A stretch of 64,000 nucleotides of DNA from Patescibacteria group bacterium (GTDB lineage: Bacteria > Patescibacteriota > Dojkabacteria > J137), in the NCBI GenBank assembly GCA_016861265.1, contig BOLA01000001.1, forward strand, positions 852,136 through 916,135, given 5' to 3'. The position numbers and the translations under genes are program-made. The notes beneath the pieces are model-generated. The model worked only from the letters and a program-made list of their open reading frames with translations, did not search any database and was not told the DNA's origin. Positions 9,607 to 19,465 of the stretch are shown in pieces. Within the stretch, counting starts at the first letter, position 1, and each line of letters opens with the position of its first letter.

Positions 9607-11280
9607 CTATTTATTCTTTCTCTTAAACTTTTCACTTGCCAGCACAAATTCAAGAAAGAAAGGATGAGGGTTTAACGGACTGGACTTGTACTCTGGATGA
9701 GCCTGTGTTGCAATAAAAAACGGATGCATCTTCTTAGGCAGTTCAATTACTTCTACAAAGAAATCATCAGGACTTGTTCCACTAAATATCATCCCCTTTG
9801 CTTCCAGGTCTTGTCTGAATTCATTATTGAATTCAAATCTATGTCTATGTCTTTCGCTAACTAGTAGGTTTCCATTCCTTTGTTTCTTCCCAATTCCATA
9901 CTTTGAGTAAATACTATGGGCCAGTGTGTCTTTTTTTATTACACAATCGAATGCACCTAACCGCATTGAAGTACCTTCTCCTTTAATTACCTGATATTTT
10001 GGATCGAATGGAATTGAATGTATTATTTTATGTTTTGACTTTGCACTTACCTCTTCTGAGTTTGCATCTGAAAATCCCACAACATTTCTTGCAAATTCTA
10101 CACATGCCAATTGCATTCCAAAACATAACCCTAAGTATGGAACTTTATTCTGTCTTGCATATTCAACAGCCAAAATCTTTCCCTCTACTCCTCGGCTTCC
10201 CCACCCTATTGGAACTATTATTCCATCAACTCCCGATAAATATTTTTCTGCACCTTCTCTTTCTATGTCTTCTGTATTCACAAATTTAAAATCTACCCCT
10301 ATTTCTGTTCCCCAGCTAGCATGTTTTAGAGCATGGGTTAATGAATTGTATGCATCTGGTAATTGATAATCTCCTGTCGCAATATATTTACCTGCAATTG
10401 CAATCATTACCCTATTCTTCCTTTGAGAAGTAACTGTGGAAACTAAAGATTTCCATTTATCAAATTTTAATATTTTTGTTGAGAGCCCTAAGACCTTTAA
10501 TACTTTTTTATCGAATTTCTGTTCTTCAAATTTTATTGGTAACTCATAAATACTTTTTAAGTCTGCATTCATAATTAATCTTTCCTTTGGAATGTTACAT
10601 TGAATTGCAACTTTGTCCTTTCGTAGGGAATCTATTGGAAGATTACTTCTTAATACCAAAAAGTCAGGTTGTATGCCCGACATATTTAAAAATCTTAGTG
10701 ATAACTGTGTGGGTTTTGTTTTTGGTTCACCAAGATGCTCGGGTACAGGAACATATGTAATGTGTACATGAATTACATCTTCAGGCAAATCAAGTTTCAT
10801 CATTCTAGCTGCTTCGTAATTGAATATATTCTGATATTCACCCGCGGTTCCGCCCAGTTCAACTAAACATATATCAAACCCCTCACCTGCAGCTTTAATT
10901 CGGCTAATTATTTCGTTAGGAACAGTTGGTATTGCGTCCACAGTCTTTCCCCCATAACCCATAGACCGTTCTCTATCTATTATTGTTTGATAAACAATTC
11001 CCATTGTCATAAAATTTTTCCTTCCAATTGGAATGTCTAAAAATCTTTCATAGGTTCCTAAATCCATATCGGCTTCTAAACCATCATTACATAGAAAAGT
11101 ATCCCCGTGTTCGATAGGGTTTATTGTTCCCGAATCGACATTTAAATAACTTTCGCATTTTATTGCGGTGACCTTATAACCTCTAGACTTGAGTAAAACA
11201 CCTAGAGAAGCTGATGTGACTCCTTTTCCAAGACCGGAAATTACGCCACCAGAAATAAAAATATATTTTGTGGAAGACAT
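9607..11280 (-). CDS. pyrG: CTP synthase
   Basis: SGGVISGLGKG, KTKPTQ, LGLCFGMQ, ERHRHRFE, QAHPE. Confidence 0.97.
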   Translation of the reverse strand: MSSTKYIFISGGVISGLGKGVTSASLGVLLKSRGYKVTAIKCESYLNVDSGTINPIEHGDTFLCNDGLEADMDLGTYERFLDIPIGRKNFMTMGIVYQTIIDRERSMGYGGKTVDAIPTVPNEIISRIKAAGEGFDICLVELGGTAGEYQNIFNYEAARMMKLDLPEDVIHVHITYVPVPEHLGEPKTKPTQLSLRFLNMSGIQPDFLVLRSNLPIDSLRKDKVAIQCNIPKERLIMNADLKSIYELPIKFEEQKFDKKVLKVLGLSTKILKFDKWKSLVSTVTSQRKNRVMIAIAGKYIATGDYQLPDAYNSLTHALKHASWGTEIGVDFKFVNTEDIEREGAEKYLSGVDGIIVPIGWGSRGVEGKILAVEYARQNKVPYLGLCFGMQLACVEFARNVVGFSDANSEEVSAKSKHKIIHSIPFDPKYQVIKGEGTSMRLGAFDCVIKKDTLAHSIYSKYGIGKKQRNGNLLVSERHRHRFEFNNEFRQDLEAKGMIFSGTSPDDFFVEVIELPKKMHPFFIATQAHPEYKSSPLNPHPFFLEFVLASEKFKRKNK

Positions 11281-11363
11281 AGTGTGTGATTGATAACTAT
11301 GTAACTCAGTTTATGGGAAATTCTCAATTTCGTAAATAGGCAATTTTGTATTAGTAATAAGTA

Positions 11364-12104
11364 CTATTTTTTACTTATTATCCAGAATCTATTCTTTTGA
11401 TTTATATCGGGCTGTACATCAATACTCCAGTGTCCGTCAAATTCTGATGTATCGGTGTGTGTATCGTCTACTTCTAATATTATTACGCCTTTGCTTTTAA
11501 GAAATTTAGGTGCTTGATCTAAAAGTTTACGAATATATTTTAATCCATCCTTTCCTCCGTCTAGTGCACCAATTGGTTCATAATCCTTAACGGAGGAATT
11601 CAGCTGCTTGATTCTAGTACTTGGTATATATGGTAAATTTGCAAAAATTACATCGAATTCTATTTCTGGGTAATCATTCATTAAATCGGACTTTATTAGT
11701 TTTATACACTTGTCCTGCGGCATTAGTGATTCCAAATTATCTCTGGCCATATTTAGAGCTTTAGGTGAAATGTCTGAAAGAATTCCGTAGTAGGTTAAGT
11801 TTCTCTTTGCTAGTTCTATTCCAAAGGAAATACCAATAGCTCCACTTCCAGTTCCAACATCGCAGTAAATAACGCTCCTTTTATGAGCAACATGCTTTAG
11901 TGCAATATCTATTATTTCTTCAGTTTCAATTCTTGGTATAAGTACCGAAGGGTCAACCTCAAAATCTCTTCCTCTAAATTCACTAAAACAGGTTATATAC
12001 TCTATTGGAATATCGGGATTTATTATATCTGCAAGGGTAAATGGATCTAGACCGTGTTTTGTTAGTTGATTTATTTCGTAAGCTGTAAACTGTCTTTTAG
12101 ACAT
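11364..12104 (-). CDS. prmC: Release factor glutamine methyltransferase (HemK/PrmC)
   Basis: VLIPRIETE, DVGTGSG, NLPY, ALDGG.DGL. Start placed at ATG 12104; the ORF is open to 12122. Confidence 0.9.
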   Translation of the reverse strand: MSKRQFTAYEINQLTKHGLDPFTLADIINPDIPIEYITCFSEFRGRDFEVDPSVLIPRIETEEIIDIALKHVAHKRSVIYCDVGTGSGAIGISFGIELAKRNLTYYGILSDISPKALNMARDNLESLMPQDKCIKLIKSDLMNDYPEIEFDVIFANLPYIPSTRIKQLNSSVKDYEPIGALDGGKDGLKYIRKLLDQAPKFLKSKGVIILEVDDTHTDTSEFDGHWSIDVQPDINQKNRFWIISKK

Positions 12105-12181
12105 ATGTATTGTAAAAATCAACTAATTATAAAAAATCCCACTATTAAATAGTAGGATTTTTCGAATATTTAAGCCAGTTA

Positions 12182-12589
12182 TCAATTTTTCTTAAAGAAT
12201 TTTTTCTTCTTTCCTTCGTTTTCACCATCACGCATTTCTTTTAATACGCTTACTACCTTTAGTTTTCTTCCATTTCGTTTTACTTCTTCTTGTGCTTTTT
12301 CTAATAAATCAATTCTAATTAATTCCTTCAATAAATCTAATCTTTCTTTCGAAGTTGAAATTTTTTCTTCTAAAGCTTTAATGCTTTCATCATCTTTAAT
12401 TTTTTCTCTAATCTCCTTAACTCTTTTTGTTAATTTATCAAGTTCCTCGACCTCAGGATTCTGCAATTTAAGATCTTTAAGATCGTTTCTTAAAGTTCTC
12501 ATAATGTCTTTCATTTTAAAATATTCTTCTACTTTATCTAAACCTTCTACAGTTAATAGTTCGTCGTTTGAAATATTTACATCTGCCAT
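12182..12589 (-). CDS. Hypothetical coiled-coil protein
   Basis: 135 aa, K/E-rich heptads, hairpin downstream at about 12134-12162. Confidence 0.75.
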   Translation of the reverse strand: MADVNISNDELLTVEGLDKVEEYFKMKDIMRTLRNDLKDLKLQNPEVEELDKLTKRVKEIREKIKDDESIKALEEKISTSKERLDLLKELIRIDLLEKAQEEVKRNGRKLKVVSVLKEMRDGENEGKKKKFFKKN

Positions 12590-12666
12590 AAAAATTCTAT
12601 AAAAGCTAACGTTTTAAATCTTACACTAAGTCTTTTGTTTTATCTATAAAAACAGCTGATTGCCTT

Positions 12667-13962
12667 ATGTTATTATTTTATATGTTTAATGAAGATGATC
12701 TTCTAAAAGGTGAAAAACCATTCAAAATCGGTGATTACTTATTACCAGGAGTTTTAGATTTAGCAGGGCAGCTAGAATTCTTGCGTACAGTTATGCCTAA
12801 CCCCGACTTAATTTACTATGGAGAATTTCCCCCCGAGTTTGAGTCTCCACTACTACCCTCCTCAATTTTAAATGAATACAGCAATGCTGCAGCAAAGTTT
12901 AGAGTCTTAATGACACTAATGGAAACTGCCGAATCAGAAAACCTATACGATTCAATAAACCAAGCCGTAGATACATATAGATCTATGTACCCTGCAGATT
13001 ATCAGGGCCTTGAAGTTACTTTCCTGGACGGGAGACTTATTGTGAGTATTTATAACCAAGATAACTTGAGTCTTCAGGTAATTATTGAAAAATCCGACAA
13101 ATCATGGCATGTCACTAAGTCTATGATTCATTTTAAACTCTACGAATATAACTTTGAGATTAGGGACAATTTACAAGGTAACGAGGTTGTAATTATTTAT
13201 CCTCAAAACGATAATCTCGGCATTATTCCTCATGTTCGAGATTATTCAGCAATTGCCTCCATAAGAATTCCTAACGACGAAGTAGAATGGTATATAAATA
13301 TTTTTAATGTAATAGAACTCAGAGACGATAAAGATACTGTCTTATATGATTATTTTACTATAGCCCCAGGCAGGAAAAGAGTCATTGATATTCATGAAGG
13401 CAATAATGTATACGAACAAATAATAATTTATCCTAGTGACCACGGCATAAGCATTCAAAAAATAGAAAGGACGAAACAAGTTCTGCCTGATGGGCAAATA
13501 GAAACATTGAGTCGATATTTAAAAGTTGTGGAAGCGGAAATTGATATAAATGCATTAAAAGTACGAGCATTAATTTCTAGAAATCAAAATCTTGAATCTC
13601 GTGTAAGTTTAGTAAAAAAACAAGGTTCTGAACTTCCAAAATCTACAAGAGTAGAATATTTTAAAAGAAAAGGAATTAAATCCTTAGATGTCAGATTTAG
13701 AGATGACATGTCCATTAGCTCAATTCTTGTCGATGAAAAGTTATATTTAGATGGTGAATTTGATTTATTTTTATCTACCGAAGGATATTATATTTTTGTA
13801 CTTGGCGATAACTCAAGGCGAATACCGGTAAGTTTTAGTACTGATTACACAATAGCTGTTCCAGAAGAAAAAATTGGGCCAGTATTTGATGTTGTGGATA
13901 ATAACATGATATTACCATTCTCTAGTGCATCGGGATTGGTAAGAGTAGTCAGTTTGAATTAA
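12667..13962 (+). CDS. Hypothetical protein
   Basis: 431-aa ORF, no recognised motif. Confidence 0.7.
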   Translation: MLLFYMFNEDDLLKGEKPFKIGDYLLPGVLDLAGQLEFLRTVMPNPDLIYYGEFPPEFESPLLPSSILNEYSNAAAKFRVLMTLMETAESENLYDSINQAVDTYRSMYPADYQGLEVTFLDGRLIVSIYNQDNLSLQVIIEKSDKSWHVTKSMIHFKLYEYNFEIRDNLQGNEVVIIYPQNDNLGIIPHVRDYSAIASIRIPNDEVEWYINIFNVIELRDDKDTVLYDYFTIAPGRKRVIDIHEGNNVYEQIIIYPSDHGISIQKIERTKQVLPDGQIETLSRYLKVVEAEIDINALKVRALISRNQNLESRVSLVKKQGSELPKSTRVEYFKRKGIKSLDVRFRDDMSISSILVDEKLYLDGEFDLFLSTEGYYIFVLGDNSRRIPVSFSTDYTIAVPEEKIGPVFDVVDNNMILPFSSASGLVRVVSLN

Positions 13963-14005
13963 GTGAAATGACCGGTCTTAAGGCAACTCTGTTGCCAGCA
14001 AAGCC
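13961..14005 (-). repeat. Degenerate, interrupted copy of the tRNA-Lys 3' end
   Basis: aagtgaaatgaccgg matches 14045-14059 at 14/15, and cgaacccggaa matches the T-arm at 11/11; a small hairpin separates the two blocks. Confidence 0.55.
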
Positions 14006-14047
14006 GAACCCGGAATAATTAGCGTATTGCCCAGTACTTCACAAAAG

Positions 14048-14119
14048 TGAAGTGACCGGGACTCGAACCCGGAACCAACTGCTTAAAAGGCAGCTGCTCT
14101 ACCATTGAGCTATCACTCC
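14048..14119 (-). tRNA. tRNA-Lys(TTT), CCA not encoded
   Basis: Reverse complement GGAGTGATAGCTCAATGGTAGAGCAGCTGCCTTTTAAGCAGTTGGTTCCGGGTTCGAGTCCCGGTCACTTCA folds as a cloverleaf; TAGACA-N17-TATAAT upstream. Confidence 0.95.
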
Positions 14120-14474
14120 ATACACTAAGGCTCGTGAATTATATCTAATCCCCAGGCTCTTGTCTACCGAGTTTGAATTCAGATACCAGAAGTAGGTAAT
14201 AACTTTAGCGATTATTACTCAAAATTTCCGTTATTAATACGCCTGCCGATAAGATTTTACAACTTTATGACTTCTTCTGCAAAATTAAAGAAATCGCCCA
14301 AAGCCTTTTAGAGCCTAATCAATCGCAATTGATGCTTTAATGTCTAAAAGTATATATAAGTTTCTGGCCAAATTATCACAAAGCTTAGTCGCTAATTACA
14401 TGAAAATGTAATGATACTAAATTCCCCCTGATCATAGTAATTTAACCTTCGGATAGAAAAGGCAAAATATCCTC

Positions 14475-14840
14475 CTAGCTATCAAAACTACCGGATGATG
14501 CATATATCTCATATTCGCTAGTAGTATCAACTGGGAAATCTAGTATTTTAGTCTTAGATATAATCCTCCCTATGCCTCGTCTGTTTATAACGACTTGTGC
14601 GACATTATCTTTCACTCCTAAAAATTCTCCATTAATTACTTCTGGTAATACGTGAGGAGGTTTATGAATTATTGCAACCTTATACCCTGTCTCTATTTCC
14701 TTAAAACTGGAGTACCTTATAAATCCATCTGATTCAATCTTCTCACGAAGTTGCCTAGTATGGGATTGAATGTGAACCTTGTCATAACCATAACCACTGC
14801 CCAAATCACCACTTTCTAGTCCGTACCAATTGAAGTCCAT
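14475..14840 (-). CDS. Hypothetical protein
   Basis: 121-aa ORF. Confidence 0.55.
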   Translation of the reverse strand: MDFNWYGLESGDLGSGYGYDKVHIQSHTRQLREKIESDGFIRYSSFKEIETGYKVAIIHKPPHVLPEVINGEFLGVKDNVAQVVINRRGIGRIISKTKILDFPVDTTSEYEIYASSGSFDS

Positions 14841-14853
14841 ATGATTACATTTA

Positions 14854-16014
14854 TTAAAGTAATTTGATTTTTTGTATTAAGTAATTAAAATTCTTTCTGT
14901 AGTCAAAGCCAGATGATACTGAATAACTTTTTGTATTTTTAAATATTTGTATTAGTTCTTTTCTTCTTTCTTCTGTTTTTAAATTGGTCATTTTTGTTAA
15001 ACTCTTGAAAAGCATAACCGTAGGTGCAAGGCTTACTTCTAAAAATCTATCAACAATTTCAGTGAGGCTATTTTTCTTAATTGATATGCCAGACTTATTT
15101 TTATCTAGAGAAACCTTTAAAACATGGGTTATTTGATCGGTTGAAAGATTACCTTTACTTTTGGATAGAGCATCAAAATATATCGACATTTGTTCTTTCT
15201 TCCCAAGTTCGAATAGTTCTTTTTTCTTCATATGTGCCATATCTAAAAAAGCATTATTGATAATGCCAGCGTTAACAAAGAAATCTTTAAATTCTAAGTA
15301 TGTACCGACTCTGATATTGAAATAGTTTCTTATATTATAATTAAGTATCGCCCCATATCTCGTAACATATGTTGTTTCCTCTGTAATGATTTGCCAGCCA
15401 CTTGCTAAAAACAACAAAGCAAAAGTTGTTTTCCCACCTAAAGATGAATTACTGAGAAGAATATTGTTTTTCCCATCACTTACTAACCCACCATGCACTG
15501 CGTATAAGTCACCGTATAATAAGTACGGTGTAAGCAATAAAATATTAATCATAGTCAATGCTTTTTTCTCATTTTTAACTGCCATTAAGCATTCGCTAGA
15601 TTCCGTATTATAAATATAATAAAAATGATCGTAGCATTTGATAATGTAAAATTTATTATCAACTGTGCATTTTGAGCCAGAGGTATTGTGTGTTGCTAAG
15701 TTAAATTTCTTTACTCTCGGATTAGTAGACCATTCCGCGTGTAGAAATATCAACTCAATCTTTTGGAAAATATCTTCGTTTTCTAAGATAAAAGCTTTGA
15801 TGTTATTACGATTATTTTTCTGTGAAGTGCTTAATAGTGTATTGAAAGAATGACTAAATTCTATTAAGTGATCAGAACATAAGTCATAATTACAAGTTAT
15901 AGTTGTTATTAGATTATCACTAATCAAACTATGTACAGTATGGCTTGATTCATTTGTTATAGCTTTTAAACTATCAATAAAAATTTCGTTTACTTTTGCG
16001 GTTAAATCATTCAT
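14854..16014 (-). CDS. HPr kinase-like P-loop protein
   Basis: LYAVHGGLVS...ILLSNSSLGGKTT...GWQIITEE fits the HPrK-like H-x-GxGKT-DD pattern, with EE in place of DD. Confidence 0.7.
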   Translation of the reverse strand: MNDLTAKVNEIFIDSLKAITNESSHTVHSLISDNLITTITCNYDLCSDHLIEFSHSFNTLLSTSQKNNRNNIKAFILENEDIFQKIELIFLHAEWSTNPRVKKFNLATHNTSGSKCTVDNKFYIIKCYDHFYYIYNTESSECLMAVKNEKKALTMINILLLTPYLLYGDLYAVHGGLVSDGKNNILLSNSSLGGKTTFALLFLASGWQIITEETTYVTRYGAILNYNIRNYFNIRVGTYLEFKDFFVNAGIINNAFLDMAHMKKKELFELGKKEQMSIYFDALSKSKGNLSTDQITHVLKVSLDKNKSGISIKKNSLTEIVDRFLEVSLAPTVMLFKSLTKMTNLKTEERRKELIQIFKNTKSYSVSSGFDYRKNFNYLIQKIKLL

Positions 16015-16028
16015 AGAAAATCCAGTGT

Positions 16029-17051
16029 TTACTTATAATTTTTTATAATATCGTATGAAAATAGTCTATCTATCAAACTTCCAGTATCTTCCATCTTTTT
16101 TTCAGGCTTATACTGGTCAAAAATTACTGTCATAATATTATCGCTTATATAACTATATTTCTGATAAAGTAAATTAACATTGTTTAATGACAGTATCTCT
16201 GGAAAAATCTCAGCGGTATAATTTAGTGTAAAAAACACATGTTTATCAAAACCGTACTTTAGAGAGTCTTCGAATATTTGGTCGATGTTAATTTGTTCGA
16301 AATATTTTTGGATAAAAGTATATATATCAACAAATTTATATAAATCCAATACCTTTCTTTTTTTTACAAGGTCTAATAAGGCTGAATCTTTGTAAAGGTG
16401 GCTACACAGATGGATAAATAGGTGTTCTTCTTTTAACGAATAGATTGAAAAGTTGTCATCACTAGAAATGAGAACTCGTTCCTCCAAAAAATAATCTACC
16501 ACTCCATTAGAGGTGTTTGGCGTCCAGTCTAAAGAAAAATTAACATCGATATCAATAGTTTTAATAGTTATTTCATTAAGTATTTTAACAAAAGGAGCCA
16601 TTTCACCTCTAGTATTTATAGATTGCGTAAGTGTGTGTTGGTCAAATTCGTTAACAATATCTTTACTATAATCATACTTGCCTTGCAAAAAACCTAAATC
16701 ATACAAAATCCCTTTTACTTTTTGAATTGATTTTTTTGATACTAATATATCTATATCATTAAAAGCTCTAGTACCTGAGGGGTAAATAGTACTTGATAAG
16801 ACTGATCCTTTTAAGAATGTATGTTTTACATTTGCTTCCGATAACTTTGAAGAAATGCTTTTAATATATTCTTTTTGTAAATCTGTTCTTATGCTTTGTG
16901 CCTGATGGATCATATAAATTGTGAAAAAAACAGGAAAATCTAGTTTTCTTACATCGATGGAGTTTACAACTTGATATGCAAGGCCAGCAACTCGGTGGTA
17001 GCATAAGTATCCTAAAACTTCGATCCAATTTAAAGTTTTATCACTCAGCAC
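16029..17051 (-). CDS. Nucleotidyltransferase family protein (NTP_transf_5-like); true start may be ATA at 17123
   Basis: FLKGSVL...YP...R.FNDIDILV and HLCSH motifs. Confidence 0.8.
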   Translation of the reverse strand: MLSDKTLNWIEVLGYLCYHRVAGLAYQVVNSIDVRKLDFPVFFTIYMIHQAQSIRTDLQKEYIKSISSKLSEANVKHTFLKGSVLSSTIYPSGTRAFNDIDILVSKKSIQKVKGILYDLGFLQGKYDYSKDIVNEFDQHTLTQSINTRGEMAPFVKILNEITIKTIDIDVNFSLDWTPNTSNGVVDYFLEERVLISSDDNFSIYSLKEEHLFIHLCSHLYKDSALLDLVKKRKVLDLYKFVDIYTFIQKYFEQINIDQIFEDSLKYGFDKHVFFTLNYTAEIFPEILSLNNVNLLYQKYSYISDNIMTVIFDQYKPEKKMEDTGSLIDRLFSYDIIKNYK

Positions 17052-17208
17052 TTCAATAAGTCTTTCATTTTTTTTATTGCCTAATTTTACTATCTCTAGT
17101 ACAGCATTATGTTCTTTTTTTATAGTGGTTTCTTTATTAAATATATAACAGGAATGATAATATGAAGACGAGGTAAAGTCAAATCTGTCCAGTAAATCAG
17201 TTGATTAG

Positions 17209-18144
17209 ATGCAATTAGTATGGTATAAATCTTTTTTAGAATTAAAAAGTTTTATGAATATGCTTGATAACAAATATCATTCTTCAAAAATCTGTTTAGG
17301 AACATGGCGAATGGGAGGAGACGTTAAGCCAAATCCTAATAATGATGATGAAAAAGACATTGATGCCATTAAATATGCAATCAGTAAAGGTATTTCACAT
17401 ATAGATACCTCAGAAAGCTATGCAGATGGCAAATCTGAGTTGCTCGTTGGAGAAGCAATAAAAAAGATATCTAGGGACAAATATTTTTTAGCTACTAAAG
17501 TTCGTGAATATAATCTTTCTTATGACAGTGTTATTAGCTCCTGTGAAAAATCTCTACAAAGACTTAATGTTCCAAGCATTGACTTATATTACATCCATAA
17601 ACAAAATCCACTCATTCCCATTGAAGAAACAACTAGAGCCTTAAATAAGCTCATTGATACTGGACTTATTAAACATATAGGGCTGAGTAATGTCGGAATT
17701 GCTACGATAAAAAAATATTCTCAACTACTAAACAGTCCAATTTATGCAGTTCAAAATCAATATAATCTCGTTTGTCGTGAGTCTCAAAGAAAAGGTGTTA
17801 CAGATTATTGTAAACTAAGTGGAATTCAATTCATTGCGTGGAGACCTATTCTACTTTCATATCCGGGAGTTGTAGATCCCTATTATCATACTGGCACGTA
17901 CAGATTATTGGATGAAATGGCTAAAAAATATAACAAAACAAATACACAAATTGTGGCCAAGTGGCTTGTACAACAAGATGGAGTTTCTATTGTTTTTAAA
18001 AGTTCTAACAAAGAACATATTGATGAAATTTTAGATATTGAAAATTTTAAGCTTTCCGATAGTGATTGGGAAATATTAGATAAAGATTTTCCAGTGCAAA
18101 AAGATTTAGGGTGTACTGCTGACGTTTATTTTGAGTTATCGTAA
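17209..18144 (+). CDS. Aldo/keto reductase (probable start 17254)
   Basis: LGTWRMGG, IDTSESY, ATKV, IDLYYIH, IGLSN, QNQYNL. Confidence 0.93.
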   Translation: MQLVWYKSFLELKSFMNMLDNKYHSSKICLGTWRMGGDVKPNPNNDDEKDIDAIKYAISKGISHIDTSESYADGKSELLVGEAIKKISRDKYFLATKVREYNLSYDSVISSCEKSLQRLNVPSIDLYYIHKQNPLIPIEETTRALNKLIDTGLIKHIGLSNVGIATIKKYSQLLNSPIYAVQNQYNLVCRESQRKGVTDYCKLSGIQFIAWRPILLSYPGVVDPYYHTGTYRLLDEMAKKYNKTNTQIVAKWLVQQDGVSIVFKSSNKEHIDEILDIENFKLSDSDWEILDKDFPVQKDLGCTADVYFELS

Positions 18145-18224
18145 CAAATCGTTATCCTTATATCGCAATTTAGTTTGCTTAATGAGATAATACAATTTAT
18201 TTTACCAAGTCTAGAAAATGATCC

Positions 18225-19373
18225 ATGGTTAATATTATACAAAGAGATACAAAAATCAAAGAACCATATGAATCCCTTTACAAATTGAATATTGGCCTAT
18301 CTATTGACGAGTTTGAAGCAGAAGAGGCAATGTTGGAGATTTTGAAGGAAGAAAATTTACAAAAAAGAGTAAGTCTTTTAACAATGTTACTAAATGGGGT
18401 TATGATTAAGGGACCTTCTGTTTCTGAAGTAAAAGGATTAATAAACGCCTCATTATCGTTGGATGGTATATTAAAAACACCAAGACCAAAAATTATTTTG
18501 CCAAATAAAGAACTCTTAGTTGGTGTAGCGTCAAGTGGTAAAAAGGGGTTTAAAACAATAAATATTACTACACCTGCTAGTTTTGTTGCGGCTGCTTGTG
18601 GTGCATTTACTGCAAAGGCATGTTCACATTCAACGTCTTCCAAAACAGGTTCCTCTGATCTTTTAGAAATAATTGGTATCAATATAAATATCCCTTTCAA
18701 AGAAAAAGTCACAATATTACAAGAAAAGAGAATTGCTTTTTTTTCAATTGAAGACACAACTCCAAATTTTGCTAAAGTTTATGAAGGCGTATTTTATGCT
18801 CCGCACGCCATGAGTTTTGCCCTAGCTGGACTTAGCTTTCCGGTCAAAATTGATGCTCTTGTATATGGTTTGTCACATCCCAATGTTAAATTGTCGTTAG
18901 AGGTGTATAAAGAATATGGTTTTAAAAATGTTTTAGTCTACTCATCTAGTGAAGACGGTGTACATTATTTAGATGAATTACCAATCTCTGGTTACGCTAA
19001 TATCATAGGTATGAAAAATGGCAAGGTTGTCCGGAAAATATCAGCTAATATAAAAGATACATTTCCTTTCAATCCAAGTAATAGTTTAAAAGAATTAGCC
19101 GAAAAGGAAACGAAAATTGATAATGTCAAGGCTTCTCTAAGAGTACTAAATGGTATAGGCTTAGAAAGCCATACTGATGCTATATGCATTAACGCAGCAC
19201 CTATTATTCTTTTAGCGGGAAAGGTTAAGTCGTTAAAAGAAGGATATTTATTGGCAAAGAAAAATATTCAGGAAGGAAAAGTATTTAAATTGTTTTTAGA
19301 AGTGGTTGAATTGTATGGGGGAGATTTAAATCAAATAACGAATCTATTATCAGAATCTGATCCTTTAATTTGA
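18225..19373 (+). CDS. Anthranilate phosphoribosyltransferase (TrpD)-like glycosyltransferase family 3 protein with divergent motifs
   Basis: SSGKKGFKTINITT...AKACSHSTSSKTGSSDLLE aligns to TrpD GTGGD..TFNIST...AKHGNRSVSSKSGSADVLE; LDEL retained. Confidence 0.8.
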   Translation: MVNIIQRDTKIKEPYESLYKLNIGLSIDEFEAEEAMLEILKEENLQKRVSLLTMLLNGVMIKGPSVSEVKGLINASLSLDGILKTPRPKIILPNKELLVGVASSGKKGFKTINITTPASFVAAACGAFTAKACSHSTSSKTGSSDLLEIIGININIPFKEKVTILQEKRIAFFSIEDTTPNFAKVYEGVFYAPHAMSFALAGLSFPVKIDALVYGLSHPNVKLSLEVYKEYGFKNVLVYSSSEDGVHYLDELPISGYANIIGMKNGKVVRKISANIKDTFPFNPSNSLKELAEKETKIDNVKASLRVLNGIGLESHTDAICINAAPIILLAGKVKSLKEGYLLAKKNIQEGKVFKLFLEVVELYGGDLNQITNLLSESDPLI

Positions 19374-19465
19374 AAGCAAGGTATCAGATATTTAAAAAGA
19401 ATTATGCTCTATATGCCTGTCTGTGCTATAATCCATTAATATTTATGTTTGTTAGATTATAAAAT

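Noticed and set aside
14831-14853. Possible left att site (gtccatatgattacat versus gtcccatctggtacac at about 28995)
   Set aside because: Similarity is too weak to call; the island's left border is left undefined.
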